A stretch of 64,000 nt of DNA from Raillietiella orientalis. Taxonomy: Eukaryota. The position numbers and the translations under genes were made by a program. Under the pieces are notes generated by a model that was not told the origin of the DNA, did not search any database, and saw only the letters and a list, made by a program, of their open reading frames with translations. The stretch lies in NCBI GenBank assembly GCA_036172245.1, contig JAYWIR010000040.1, positions 1,922,001-1,986,000 on the forward strand, read 5' to 3'. This document shows positions 37,550-49,419 of this stretch, piece by piece; positions within the stretch are counted from its first letter, which is position 1, and each line of letters starts with the position of its first letter.

Positions 37550-39250
37550 TGTCTTCAAGCGAGGTCCTAAGACAATCGAGACGCATCCAACCTATTGTGA
37601 AGCCTAAAGTGTTGGAAAGCGTCACGAACACCACCTGACCCGCTGTCCTTGACAAGTCTGCGCGGCCCCATCGCTGCACCTGCGTCAACAGGAGGCACCA
37701 CCGAAAGGAATACGCAAGCTGGCGGCACAAAGAGCCTCGTTCTGCAGAAACGTAGATGATTCTCTCGGAAGAAGAGGCAGAAAGATGCTGTCTGTGGTAT
37801 ACCTGCGGCAAGGCAAGGCAAAAGAGGGAATCGGTGCCTGGATAGAGTGCATGCCCGCTCTCTATGTAGAAGGCTTGAGCGTTGTGGACGCGTTCTGATC
37901 AGGAAGTTATCGTGGCGTTTCGCAATCCCAATCCTCGGCTCAAAATGGGGAAGGACATACGCTGTCAGGTGCTCAACGTCTCCGTTCGACTTCGGCCGCT
38001 CCTTACTCTAGTCAGGTCGCGTCAAGGCTGCAGGACAATCCAACAGTGGGAAGCTACAGCGGGTGCCTCCCGACTTGCGTGGAGCGCTATCCTTGTCTGG
38101 AAGAGCGATGGAAGCAGCAACATTGCAAAAGACCACCTTCACTTGGACATATTCCCCGCTTAGCGAGGATGTCCAACAGGTTCCGGGAAGCACGTTTCAC
38201 GCCTCGTGTGAGCGGGGACATCCTGAAGGGACAGGAGTTTTGGCGCGGGCGCAAGTGGTGCACGGCCGCCACGAGATGGGGACTTGATGAAAGGTGAAGT
38301 AGGAGTTCGGGGGCTGGTGGCGTGAGATCGAAGTGGACCAGCGCACTACAAGAGACTTCGAATGCCGCAGATCAGGACGTCCTTCTTGGAAACGGGGGGA
38401 TCGATGCAGCCTCCTTCCTCCTTCTCCATTCTCATGATGCAAAAATCGATAACCTGGAAAGGAAAAAACAAACAAAAAGAGACAGCCCGTGATTAATGAT
38501 GCTGTACGATCGTCCTGGAAGGACAAGTTCTCTCTTCATGCAAGCTCGCGACCCAAGACGCACATGCAAATGAATTTAAGTGGCCTTGAGAGACGAAAGA
38601 ATCAACCACTCTCGGAAGACGCCGTCTGAAGTACCCTCTCGCTGGCAGCTGCAGCAAGTCACCGTCTATTTAGGAGGGAGGGATAAACCGGAGATATCCA
38701 ACACTATGAGAGTAGTGAATGGAAGAGTGCGAGATGCGCGCCAGAGTCCCATGGCAGACACATCTGGAAGAGGAAGACTTTGATCCTGAAGGAAGGGCAG
38801 ACGAACGGAAGAAGAGGGCGCCGTGGTGTTGCACCGCCCTCGTGGTGAATTCCTTGGTTAAATTCGTTTCAGGGAAAAAGCCGGAGTCCTTGAGAGGTGG
38901 AACACGCAGCTCATGGGACAATCTCATAATGAAGGAAAGCGGATAAGCTTGAAACACTCCGGAGATCACCAACCACAACAGGGGGAGCGATGTTCTCCGG
39001 AAGAAATCACAAGGTCATGGTTTCTTCCTTTGTGAAAGAACACGCAGTAAGGCACCCGTTTTACCCTCACTCCTTACCAACAGCTACATGAATCTCCCGC
39101 GTGCCTCTGAATCACAATGCGTGAAGGCAGGAAAACGTGGATACCGTCGCTAGGGAACCGGTATAGGGTTCCTCATGAGCATCTCTATGAGTCCAGTACG
39201 TCTCTTCTTTCATTTATTCGTTTACCCTCTTCTCAATTCTTTCATCCCTA
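37550..39250 (+). mobile_element. Decayed LINE ORF2 (RT to 3' end)
   Basis: VRSRQGC (38011-38031), PLSED (~38160), ECEMR...THL (~38730), T-rich tract at ~39205. Confidence 0.5.
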
Positions 39251-39289
39251 ACCTCCATCCCCTCCCCCTCCCCACAAGTTCTGCCTCAG

Positions 39290-40030
39290 GCGAGCAGAAC
39301 CTTTCGCTTCGAATCGGCACATGTCGCGCACTTGCTTATTGAGGAAATAGGACCACCCTCACCCTTCTTGCCTGTTCCCGAAATCCGTAAAATCCAATTA
39401 TTTTCGATGAAAGTGGCCCGGGCGATCCAGGTCGAGAAGGTCACGCCGGGGTATTTTTTGCTCTGTTTTCCTTGTCTCCGGCAAGGTGAGCCAACGACGG
39501 CTGCAATTGGTCGACCCGACGTACCTAAGAAAGTCACTGACTCGCGAGTCGGCAATCAAGGAGGTCCTCAGGAGAGGTCTTACGACTGGGGAGGGGGTCA
39601 TAGCGAGAATTGGGGGCGAAGCGACGCAGCCGAGCTATCCTTCCTTTCCGAGTGGGCAGGCCCTGAATGGACCCTAGAGGAGTCTTCCGGTTTCGGGGAT
39701 GAGAGAGAGGGTCAGAGCGTGGACGACCGCACACTGCTGGCACTAGAGGGCGCTCACTTGTTCTGTGCCGAGGCGGTCGAAGCTACCGCCTCCGTGAGAG
39801 AAAATTTACGACCCCCGTCCCCTTCTGCCTGTGCGACGCCGCTTGGCTTTGGCACTCTCTCTCCTGGTTGCACGCGGCGCAGAATGCTGTGGTCCATCCC
39901 TCACCAGATTCTAGGATGTGAAATGCTCTCGAGGTACCTCCCAGCGGGAGACCTCCGAAACCAAAGTTCGTGCGCAACATCCTCGTGCGTTGTCACCGCA
40001 TGTCTGGGGTGGGAAACGCAAGAGAAGAGA
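39290..40030 (+). mobile_element. LINE 5' part: gag-like knuckle plus start of endonuclease
   Basis: Within ORF 39332-40282: LCFPCLRQGE (~CF.C...GH, ~39465) and YLPAGDLRN (~GDFN, ~39945). Confidence 0.5.
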
Positions 40031-40039
40031 TTGGTCGTC

Positions 40040-41000
40040 AAAATCCTGAAAGTAGATTTGAAATATTCTTTGATTTATATTAAATCCCGAATGTTTTTTA
40101 TAACAATCATATATCCATCCTGTTTCCACGGCAACCGAAATGAAGCGGTACGATCGCAGCTAATGCTCGACGGTAAGGAGCGGCATCGTCCTCATCAATC
40201 AGGAACCATGCCGGAATCGGATCGAAATCCTGGAAGATCCTGTAACCCCTGTCTCTCTTGGTGGAGTGCGACGTATTTGTAGCTCCCCTTCCAGAATGGA
40301 ATCGGACCCTCTGCTGAGGGAGACTGGACTGTGCTAGGGACATTCCCTCCCTGTCATCCTCCAAGCGGGGAGACCATCTTCACAGCGCATGGTTTTCCGT
40401 CAATAAAGCCCCTGGACATGACCACGCGATTGATCTCTCACGAACGGGTCAGAATCCTCCCTGATCTCGGGAAGGGGAGGGAGCCATGGTTCTCTGATCC
40501 GTGCTTCCGTGCAGTGGTTTCCGAGGCGGAAGAACCCTTGTTTCGAAACCGCACGCTTGACCCAGAAAGGGCACTGGTCGAAGCCTCCAAGATGGGGAGA
40601 GGCCTTCCTCCGTAGATGCGAGGGGCGTGTGATGCTCCCGTGGCCGCGGTCCCGGCATCTTTCCATGAAGCCTCCTCTTCGTCGATCTTCCGCACCTTCT
40701 TCTCCCGATGCAGAGTCTGGTCCCTCCCGCACCTGCTTGCGGGCGCGACGTTCGAATCGGAGTCTCCCTCAAACCTGCGAGGTCCCCTCTTTGTCTTCAG
40801 AAACAGCTCAACGGCGATGCAGTGGGGTCGAGCGGGAGAGATAGGTGTGGGGATCCAGCAGGAGGAACAGCTCTGGATGAGGTAGTGGTGGTGAAGAGGA
40901 GGAAACCCGCCGCGAGCCATTCGGGGGAGAGGGCGGAAATACTTTGTTGCCACGGCGATCAAGAAGAGATCAGGAGGGTTACTTTCTCAGAGAAAGCAGA
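40040..41000 (-). mobile_element. LINE 3' fragment inserted into the plus-strand element
   Basis: LPRMARGGF (~40915), SRCGRDQTLH knuckle remnant (~40720), AT-rich 3' end at 40050-40115. Confidence 0.55.
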
Positions 41001-41009
41001 TCAGCATCA

Positions 41010-41750
41010 CGGAAACGGGGAATTTTTCTCGTGAGAAGGGGTATTTTTAGTTATGGAGGAGGGAGCGAGCGAGGTGCGCTCGCGTCTTCGCAGAGAAACC
41101 TGGAGTCATGGAAACGAGAGGAGAGCTAGGAGGGAAGAAAGCACCGAGCAAGCCGCGTGGTCCGCGAAGAAAAATCACCGTTCCGCCTCCGTCCCAGCCG
41201 CTGGACTGTCCATGACGTCAGCTCACTTCGGAAAAGAGCGGACGGGCGCCGACCGCACGCGCGCGAACTCGGGGCGCCCTGGCCACACCGAGACCAAGCA
41301 CGAGCTAGTCACGCTACTGCTTGTTCGCACGCACGCGTGTCCTCGAGCCACGTGTCCGCGGGCGCGCGCACAAACCGTTGCTCCCTCCACGCGCGCGATC
41401 TGCCCGACTCTGCAGACGCGCGTGAACTTGGTACCGCACCCTCCTCTGCGGCAACCCCCTTCGTCTTCGACCCGACTGTTCCCAGGTCTAGACCTGCCGC
41501 TTCGTGGCACCTTTCCAGGTTCTGATGCCCCGAGCGCCTTGCGACGACCAACGACTCCCTCCCCCTTCTGCCGCATCGTGACGCTTTCCATGGCCACCAG
41601 GAGGCGCGCGCGAGTGCTGTTGAACTGTTCATCGTCATACAGGAGCGCCGCTCCACCCATGACGGTGGACGAAAACTTAGCTTGGGTGGCCGAGGTGCCA
41701 GGCGTCATCTCTTGAGCGCATCTCCTCTGGGTGTATCACCAGGAAACGCC
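41010..41750 (+). mobile_element. LINE ORF2 linker and early RT (CpG-rich)
   Basis: ORF 41053-41715: EGASEVRSR..TWSHGNE (linker), LPLRGTFPGSDAP (~LP.GK.PG.DG.P), IVTLS...VLLNCSSSYR (~LLN.DYK), EVPG (~F.PGR). Confidence 0.6.
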
Positions 41751-41754
41751 AGGT

Positions 41755-44700
41755 GATTATTATTTTTGTAATAATATACACGCAGGTGTAGGCCCATCGG
41801 CTCTACATCGTTCGAAGATGTTCGGAACCTGCCGAATAACCAGCACGCAGGCGGGCGGAGTTCGCCTCGGCAGCGGAGGAGGAAGGAGCAAACAAAAATA
41901 AAAATAAAATAAAAATGAATAACAAAATAAAAATTCCGGAGGGCACGGGAAGGGATCACCGGGACTGGAGGGCGTCCTGTGCATCCTTTCCAGGATGCCG
42001 GAAAGTTTCGTTCGAGTATGCCCCAGGCGAGACCATCTTGCTGCCGGTCTCAGGAAGCGCAGAGCGAAGCAGATGGCATCCCTATCGCTCCGTCCTCCTC
42101 TTGCGTAGCTCCAGGTCGCTTCAATCGCGTGCAGGCAGCAGCAGAGCTGCTGGGGATGCGGCAGGAGAAAGGGCATCGCGCACGAAGAGGCGCTTCATCA
42201 CGTCCCTGGGATTGTCCGTCGGTGCACCAAGGGTCCTTGCGTAACGCAACTACAGGAACCGGAGGGCAACACAGTCTACGAGCAGATGAGGGAGCTGTGA
42301 TTCTCGTTCCCAGCACCTGCAGCAGTCGGGATCCGCAGCCCCCCGAATCCAGTGAGACCGGCGGGCGTTGCACGGGAGGCCCCAGTGCAACAGCAGAAAG
42401 GCGAACGAAGCAATCCTCTGGGGGTCTCTAGCCGCAGCCGTCCAGTTGCAACGGGGAACCCTGCGCCGCGGTGGAAAACCGAACTGGCCCGTCCCTGCCT
42501 TTGGTCATGTTTCCGCAGGTTCCCCAGGGAACTCAGGTCAAAGCTCGCGAGCGTACGGTAGGTTCGCTCCTTCATCGGTAGCGAGGACCCATGAGAGCAG
42601 TTTTCCGGTTTCGCCCTTCCTCTCGCCGCTTCCACAGTGAGGCCAGAGTGGAGGCGAGGGGATTCCTCCGTTTGTATTCCTGCATGTACTTGCGGCCATC
42701 TTTTCCAGCGTGGGATACTACTGGTAAACGTAGCAGCCAGGTCCCTTCTTTGATATTCGGCTTTGCCATTCTAAAGAGCTGCTCTTCGAATTCCTCCCCC
42801 CATCCCTTTTTTTTTCCTTCTGTATTTTCTGGCGGTTCACTTTTTGAGATTTCTTTCTGAATGCTGTAGACTCAAAGAGATTCTTAATTGCATCATTTGC
42901 GTCACGTGTGTTAACAAGGAATCTTATTGCCTGCTTTTGTCGTCAACGTCAAAGCAATCCACCTGCTTTCGCAATTGAATTTTCGTGTGGATGAGTTTTC
43001 TTCCAATAACTCCAAGATAAGTTCGTCCCATGAGGCCAATTCATTTTCCTATTATATGAAAATGAGAACCGATTCGTCTACACGCAGAATGTACTTATTT
43101 TTGCGCCGAGTGCATGAATTGGTGACACCGTGACCCCTCGTTCGTAGGTGCGTAGGCGGAACACAAGATGCGAATGCACTGAACCGCATGATTTCGTCGG
43201 ATGCTCTTCTGGTGGCCAGAAATCACCTGGAAGCATTTCGAGTTCACTCATTCCCACAAGGGGTGGGGTGAATTTATTGAACATTCACACTACAAAAATA
43301 CTCATTCACTCAATGGGAAAACACTAGGTTTTACTGTTCACTTATTTAGGGTCTTTGAACTAGGGTTCTGCACTAGGGTGGGCTGGGCGTTGGGTGTACC
43401 TGGATGGTGTCCTCGATCCTTTTCAGGATGTATCGGCACGTTCAGGCCTGCACTTTTCCACAGTTCCGGATACCACTCTCCTTTTGGACAGTCCCTTTCA
43501 GGATTTTTATTAAAGATACAGCTATCCTGGAAATCCTCATCTTCCACCATCGTATGAGGATGGTGGTGATGAACAGGGCGATGTCGTCCTTACCATCAGA
43601 TTGTAGCAAGGAACGTTGCCGTTTCCCTGGAACATCCAGCACGGAACTTTCATCTTCGAGATGCTCGGCAGCCCCATGACCCATTTCATGGTCTTCCAGT
43701 CCTGAAAGCATTCCCACGGGAGATAGAGAAGTTTCCTTTGGTCACGATGGATGCAAAGTAGCTTAACAAGGGAATGGGAGCACACGGTGGAAGCAGCACG
43801 ACACGGAGCGCTCGCGGCTTGCAAACGCTCCGGGATCAAAACAGAGATGACAACATCTATCGTTTTCGAGGTGCATTTTGCGCCACTGTGTGTGACATAC
43901 ATGCACCAAGCAGCACCAGCAGCCGAAGGGATAGCAACAAGCACCTTTGCAGCAGCCACAATTCAACAAGATGGCAGCAGCGTCATCTCGGGAAAAAAAT
44001 ATGCACTGGGCTTCATTCTGAGATTTGTCAGCAGATGGAGGGAGGATCTGCGTTTCAATTATCGAGCCTTGGACTCGTAGTCAGAAGGAAACGATTTCCA
44101 GGCATCCTGTGATATAAATGGGGTTTTCACCTTCTCGGATGGATTGATCAGCATTTTGGCACATGAGCAGCTGCTCCGTGCTTCTTTGCGTGTGGAACTT
44201 TTCCGATCCCGGATGCGACTTGTTTCGTTCGAAGTGTCCCTTCAAACTACTTCAGTGTTTACCAGTTACTTGAAGGAAGCACTTCTGAAACTTTGTTGCT
44301 GGAAAGCAGTGCGGAGCTCTTTCCACTGGAGTGAGTCAACAGCTGCAGTGATTGTCAGAATCCTACTCAGGAGCCGCACTAACCGCCCTTTCTTTGCCAT
44401 GACAGATCCTCCGAACTTGAGCCAGCTGCTTCATGCTCCCCCATCGCAAGGAAGCGCGCGAGTAGGTCCGTTTCAGATGGGCGTTTCCATTGCAAGGAAG
44501 GAGTTGGGGTCGAGATTTGCTCTTCTGAAGAAGAGGAGGCCAACGGAAGGGGAGGGAAGAAAAGGGAGGGAATGTGTGCGAAAAATCTCCAGCCCAGTTA
44601 GCTCATTCTTTTCGTATTTACGTTGGTCTGGAGTCTTCAACACGGGCTTGCACTTGGTGACTTGAAACGCGCGCTTTGGGAGGGACGCTTTCCGTGTGGT

Positions 44701-45290
44701 GCCTCAGCACGCTGCGCTTTGAAGAAAAACAGCCAGGCATCCAGCAGTTTGGAAAATTCCTCCATACCTTCGTCGTGGGAAGAAGGCAGCAACCGGAAAT
44801 TCCGAAAAACATCATCAAACTTATCTTCTCCCGAAGGACGTCTTCGTGACCTTGGAAATTTGGCAGAAAAGGCAAATGCGTTCGAAGTTCGAAGGAATCG
44901 AAGGAGAATTTCATTGGAGACGATCACCTTTCAGCGGTCGAAAAAGGGGCACTCGCTGCCCCGCAAAATCCCCGGTGCTTCTTTCTGAACCGCGCTTGCT
45001 CATGCAAAAGGCCACATGACTTCAGCTTTCGGTTCTTCCCCAGAGCACTTTACCCTCTTGGCACTTTACCCTTTACCCTCTTCCCATACATCCCGTCAAT
45101 AGATAGCTACACGCGCTCTACCCGTTCTCTTTGCTCAGGAGGCACGCACTCTGTACGCTGTCTGAGTTGAGGGAGGTCATCCCTCATCCGCGTTTGGAAC
45201 AGAAGGCCTCTGGTGTGGATGTGACCACTCGAGAGTAAACGCCCTCCTGGCTCCGACCGTTTTGTTGCCTCTCGTCTTCCACGTTCGTCT
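41755..45290 (-). mobile_element. Near-complete decayed L1/Tx1-like ORF2 plus 3' UTR
   Basis: VFRNF...LLDAW (endonuclease, ~44740-44810), QWRKMHLEN/IDVVISVLIPERLQ (~43820-43890), RDQRKLLYLPWECF (~43720), VRTTSPCSSP, FQDSCIF (~43525), SAGLNVPIHPEK (~43440), CCRCWERESQLPHLLVDC at 42271-42324, LHAIEATWSYAR, T-rich UTR at 41890-41933. Confidence 0.8.
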
Positions 45291-45299
45291 TACCAGCTG

Positions 45300-47050
45300 T
45301 TGAGTAACCCCAGCTCCTTTTTTTCCTGGAGGAGGAAGGCAGGAAGAAGAGCGCAGGCGCCTTCCGGTCGACCTGAGTAGTCAGCGGCACACGAGTGGCG
45401 ATCGACAGCGGGCCTGCGGCCGAAGGGTCAACCCACGCACGACGGGAGAACCATGCAGTCCCGTCGCACGGTTCTGCGGTCAGTTCCGCTGCTGGCCCGC
45501 GGTTGCCTAGCATTTCACCCCTGGTTCCGCCTCCCCCTTCCCCCTGCCCGTTCGAACTGCGAGTCGCTCCCGTTTTCCGGGGATTCGACCAATGACGTGT
45601 CGGAATTTTCTTCGACCGTAAGGTGCTCGAGACGACCTTCCAGCCTGTCATCGAATCCTCATCCCCTGACTCGCGCCATTCTTGACGCCGGCGACGCTCG
45701 CCATTCTTTAGAACTTCTCTTTCCTTCAGAACGGTCTGCCGAGGCGCCCAAACGGACCAATGAGCGTGCGGTTTGGATGCAAACAGCTAGCAAAACAGAG
45801 TCAAATGATAGGTGAACTCGAGAAGAAAACAGCAACAGCAAAAGCAAGAATCAAAGAGACGATCGGAGCTTTACGAAGCGACGGCGTATTGGAGCGCACA
45901 AAAAGTGGTCCGAGTCACTTTTCCGAGGGATGGAGCATTCCGGTTTCGAGGAGACCTGGCGGAGCCCTTGCCGATCGTGATGACTGGACCAGAGACGGGG
46001 CAAATCGTCGCCCGATTAAACGATTAGGAGGAGAAGGCAACCGAGATGGTCTCTCTTGCTTGACGCCCTTCCAGCGTCATGCCTTTTTCCAGCAGCGCCC
46101 CGGGGAGGAGAGAGCGAAGTAGAGGTAGTCTGGGAAGGAAGGTGCCGGGAGCGTCTCAGGAGGTGGCAGTCCTGGAGTCGACGGAGCCCTCGATCTCGTC
46201 AGAGAGATCCGCGCTTCCACGGCTCCCGCCACGAGCTGGCCTCCCTTTGCCCGCGGACCCGGATGATGAGGAAGATACGGTCGTGTGTACCCGGCCTCCT
46301 CCCTGGAGGCAAGAAGGTCCTCCCTCCCTTTGAACGAGAGTATCGCGGGAGGCATCGGCGTCTTCCTCGAGCAGGATTCGCCTTGAGGGAAAGAGAAGGG
46401 GAGGGCATTTCCTCGTCTCCCTGCTTCCGCTCTTGCAACCGGCTCTTCCGACCCAGAGAGCCCAGAGGGCACCTCCGCTCGCGGATGGCGGTTCGATGCT
46501 GGCCTCTTGTCTCCGCGTGGGGAGGCCGGGAAGCAGATTCGTCTACGGCCCGCCCCTTCGAGATAAACACTCGCTCGCTCGCTCGCCCGCACGCAAGCGC
46601 GTGCGTGGAGGGGGAGGAGGAAGACACGAGGTTGGCACCAGGCCGACGCGACCGCCCGTCGCCGGCGACGCTGCAAGTCCCAGACTCGTTTCGCAAGAGC
46701 CTCCTCCCTCCCGCGGGAGCGGAGCAGCTAGGATTTGCAGCAGGACTGCGAGTCTCGGAAGGCGTCCCTTTGCTGGGTCCAGCTGACCCCCGACGTCGGT
46801 AGGACTGGCAGTGAGCGCGAGGCGAGCGACTGCGGGCGGCCCTCATCGTCGACTGCCGCACGGCGATGGAGCTGGAAACGACTCTCATCCCCGCCTTCCC
46901 CTCCGCAGCAGCCGTCTCGACTGCCCAGCGCACTCTCCAGCGTTCCCAATCCTGGAAATTCGGGTGGGAAGTCGCTCGTCCCCTCTTCTTCCCCTGGCGA
47001 CGCCCGATCCTTCCAGAGGTAACCCGAGGTAACCTAACGAGGAAGGAGAG
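45300..47050 (+). mobile_element. Decayed LINE ORF2 (mid-RT to knuckle), CpG-rich
   Basis: VAIDS (~45395), VRCSRRPSSLSS (~45625), LYEATAYWSAQK (~45875), RRPGGAL (~KYLG, ~45955), KRLGGEG (~46025), ACVEGEEEDTRL (~46600). Confidence 0.5.
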
Positions 47051-47059
47051 CATCTGATG

Positions 47060-48950
47060 GGTTCCATGTCCGTCCTGTGGACCCGTTTCGTCTTGACCCA
47101 CTCGAAGAGCAGCTCCCGGACGGTGCCCACGTCCAGCATCTTTCCCTCTCCCGCGATCTCTGGCGTCCTGGTAACTCCTTATTCACGCATGCTGACTCCG
47201 AAGTTCCTCCTCAGCAGGCGTTCTCTCGGGAGGACAGGCGCCTTCTCATCCCCCATGGACGACTCCTCATGCCGAATCGACTGCCTTCGTCACTCTCGCA
47301 GCGATGACTTCGTGGTGGCTCTCTCGTAGCGGCTCCAGTGGTAGCTTCCGCAACTCCCGCTTTTGCTTGCGCGTGCGCGCTTTTCTTCCCTTTTTTGCCC
47401 GCATCCTGTCAGAGTCTCCTCGAACGCATCCTTCAGTGAAAGATGCTTGTAAAGGATAGGGAATGGAGTCCCCAGAGGCAGTGATAGGCAAGAGAAGGTC
47501 GAGGCCATCGTTTACGAATCTGGGAAAAGTAAGTCCGTCTTTCCCCTCTCCTCAACCGCCCATTCCCACGGCCCTCTCCCTAGCGGAGAGGGAATGCTGG
47601 ATCTCTTGGTCGGAGTCCCACCGGATTCGAAAAGGGGAGAACGGCTGCCTTTGTCTCAAGTGGACGAAAGTTTGTGAATGCCAATGTCTCCTCGGCCTGC
47701 GTTGGAATGAACAACGCCGAAAGAGGAGGGTCCTGGGAAGCGACCCCCCTCGGCATCATCTCTCTTTTCCCCAGTGGGAATCCTCCGACCGAAGCAAAAG
47801 CAGTTCGGGAGAGTCTCTCGTGCCTCTGACCGAGCCTTTTTCTTGTTCCGAGCCCTCTGAGATGAAAAGGTCATGCAGGGAACGGGGAGTTGCCAATGGA
47901 AAGTAAACACTCGTGAGCGGAGGCTGAGCCTCCACGCCACCTGGGAGTTCGGGAAGGGGGATGACTCTGACTAGGCCTCCCACGAAGGCTGGAGAGAGAT
48001 GACGGGGAAAGATGAGAAGAGGAAGGAAAAGGATGACGCGTAGCGAAGAGGAGCTATCGGAACTGGGAACTGGCTGCTCTTCGTCTTCCAAAGCTTGCTA
48101 TGGAGATTCGACCTTCTTCGCTTCCCCATTCAGCTGAAGCCATCTCGCCGAACTCTTCAGCATGGAGATTTGCCAGGTGGATAAGGTTCGCGTCGCTGCG
48201 GGCCCTGCACAGCTGAGCAACGAGTTTATCCCTCTCACCATCGTGAGAGATCAGTTTGCCTCTCTCCCATGATGCAGCAGTTCCGTGGCAAAGAAGGAAT
48301 GGACATGAGCGGCTGAAAGCACCGCAGCTCGCCAGCAGGGGGGAACTATCCCTTCCGTTGCTTCCTGGACTCAAACTCCGGCTGTCTCTTGCAGAATCTC
48401 TGGGGATTCCCTGATCTTCCGATGCCGCCCATCCGAGATTTCTTGTCATCCTTGAAGTCACTCGTGAAGCACGCCTTGATGGAGGATAAGTCTTGTCGGA
48501 CATCACTTGAGATGAATTCCAATTCCCCACCATCACTGCCCTAGGGCATATGCTGTCAGCACCCTCCGAGAGCCTCCTCCAAAACGTCAACGCTTCCGTA
48601 GTGGACTGCCATTACCGCAGGGAACGGATGGCTGCTGTTTCCCTTCGGGTGGCACGGGGCGTTGCTGCTGCTGCGATTAGGCAAAGGCGAGAGACCTCAG
48701 CGGCTCGCGGAGCGCGTGTGAACCGCGGCGCTGGGGAAGAGGGCGATGGGTCAGAACGGGGGAGCGGTTCTGAGTTCGGAGGCGCCTTATGGGAAGACGG
48801 AAGGACGAGGACAGGAGTAGAGAAGGTCACTGGGTCGCTTCGAGCAGCGCACGTCCTGTGGCATGAAGGTTCCATTCGGCTAGATTCCACTCTCGTATGT
48901 CATGTGACACGCCTATTCGAAAATGGCACCTCGTTTCAAGAAATGCTCTC
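47060..48950 (-). mobile_element. Decayed L1/Tx1-like ORF2 (endonuclease-linker-RT)
   Basis: FWRRLSE...AVMVGNWN (48520-48585, ~FW..L...I..GDFN), EWGSEEGR (linker, ~48120), NAGRGDI (~47690), FVND...SGDSIPYPL (~47460-47515), AFEETL (~47420). Confidence 0.7.
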
Positions 48951-48999
48951 GTAGGACACCCGGTGTCATGGAAAACACCACTTAGCTGTTCTAATGCAC

Positions 49000-49410
49000 G
49001 AGGGATTCAAGGGAAGACTTAAAACACCGCTAGTGTACAAATGTTGCGTTTTGTTTTCTCCCGGTCACTCCAGGAGGTTTACTGACAAAACCAAACAGGC
49101 GGTTAATAAACGTACAAAAATGGTCCTACCAAATCGAAAAATCCCTGGAACTACCGACAAGGTTTAGAGAGGGAAAGGAGAGGAGAGGATAAACATAAAT
49201 AAGTAAATAAAACTGCATTGTCGGTATTGGGGTCGGTAGGAAGGGATCACTGTCCGTTTCCACGAACGGTCCTCTGCATCCTTCACGTGATGCCGGAAAG
49301 TTCCTCCTGATGCCGCCCAGAGTGGGGCCACAAAGTTGCTATCCTCAAGGAGATCACGAACTGGATGGTTTTCCTGGAGTGGCGCGTCCTTTCAGAATCA
49401 GTACGAGCCT
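49000..49410 (-). mobile_element. LINE 3' end fragment
   Basis: 49239-49303 aligns with 41948-42007 (GGAAGGGATCAC...TGCATCCTT...GATGCCGGAAAGTT); T-rich tract at 49190-49212. Confidence 0.55.
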
Positions 49411-49419
49411 CAAGGCTAA

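Noticed and set aside
43320..43400. Interstitial telomeric repeats (TAGGGT-like; also TTTACCC at ~45050)
   Set aside because: Only 3-4 dispersed, imperfect units inside a decayed ORF2 or a local duplication.
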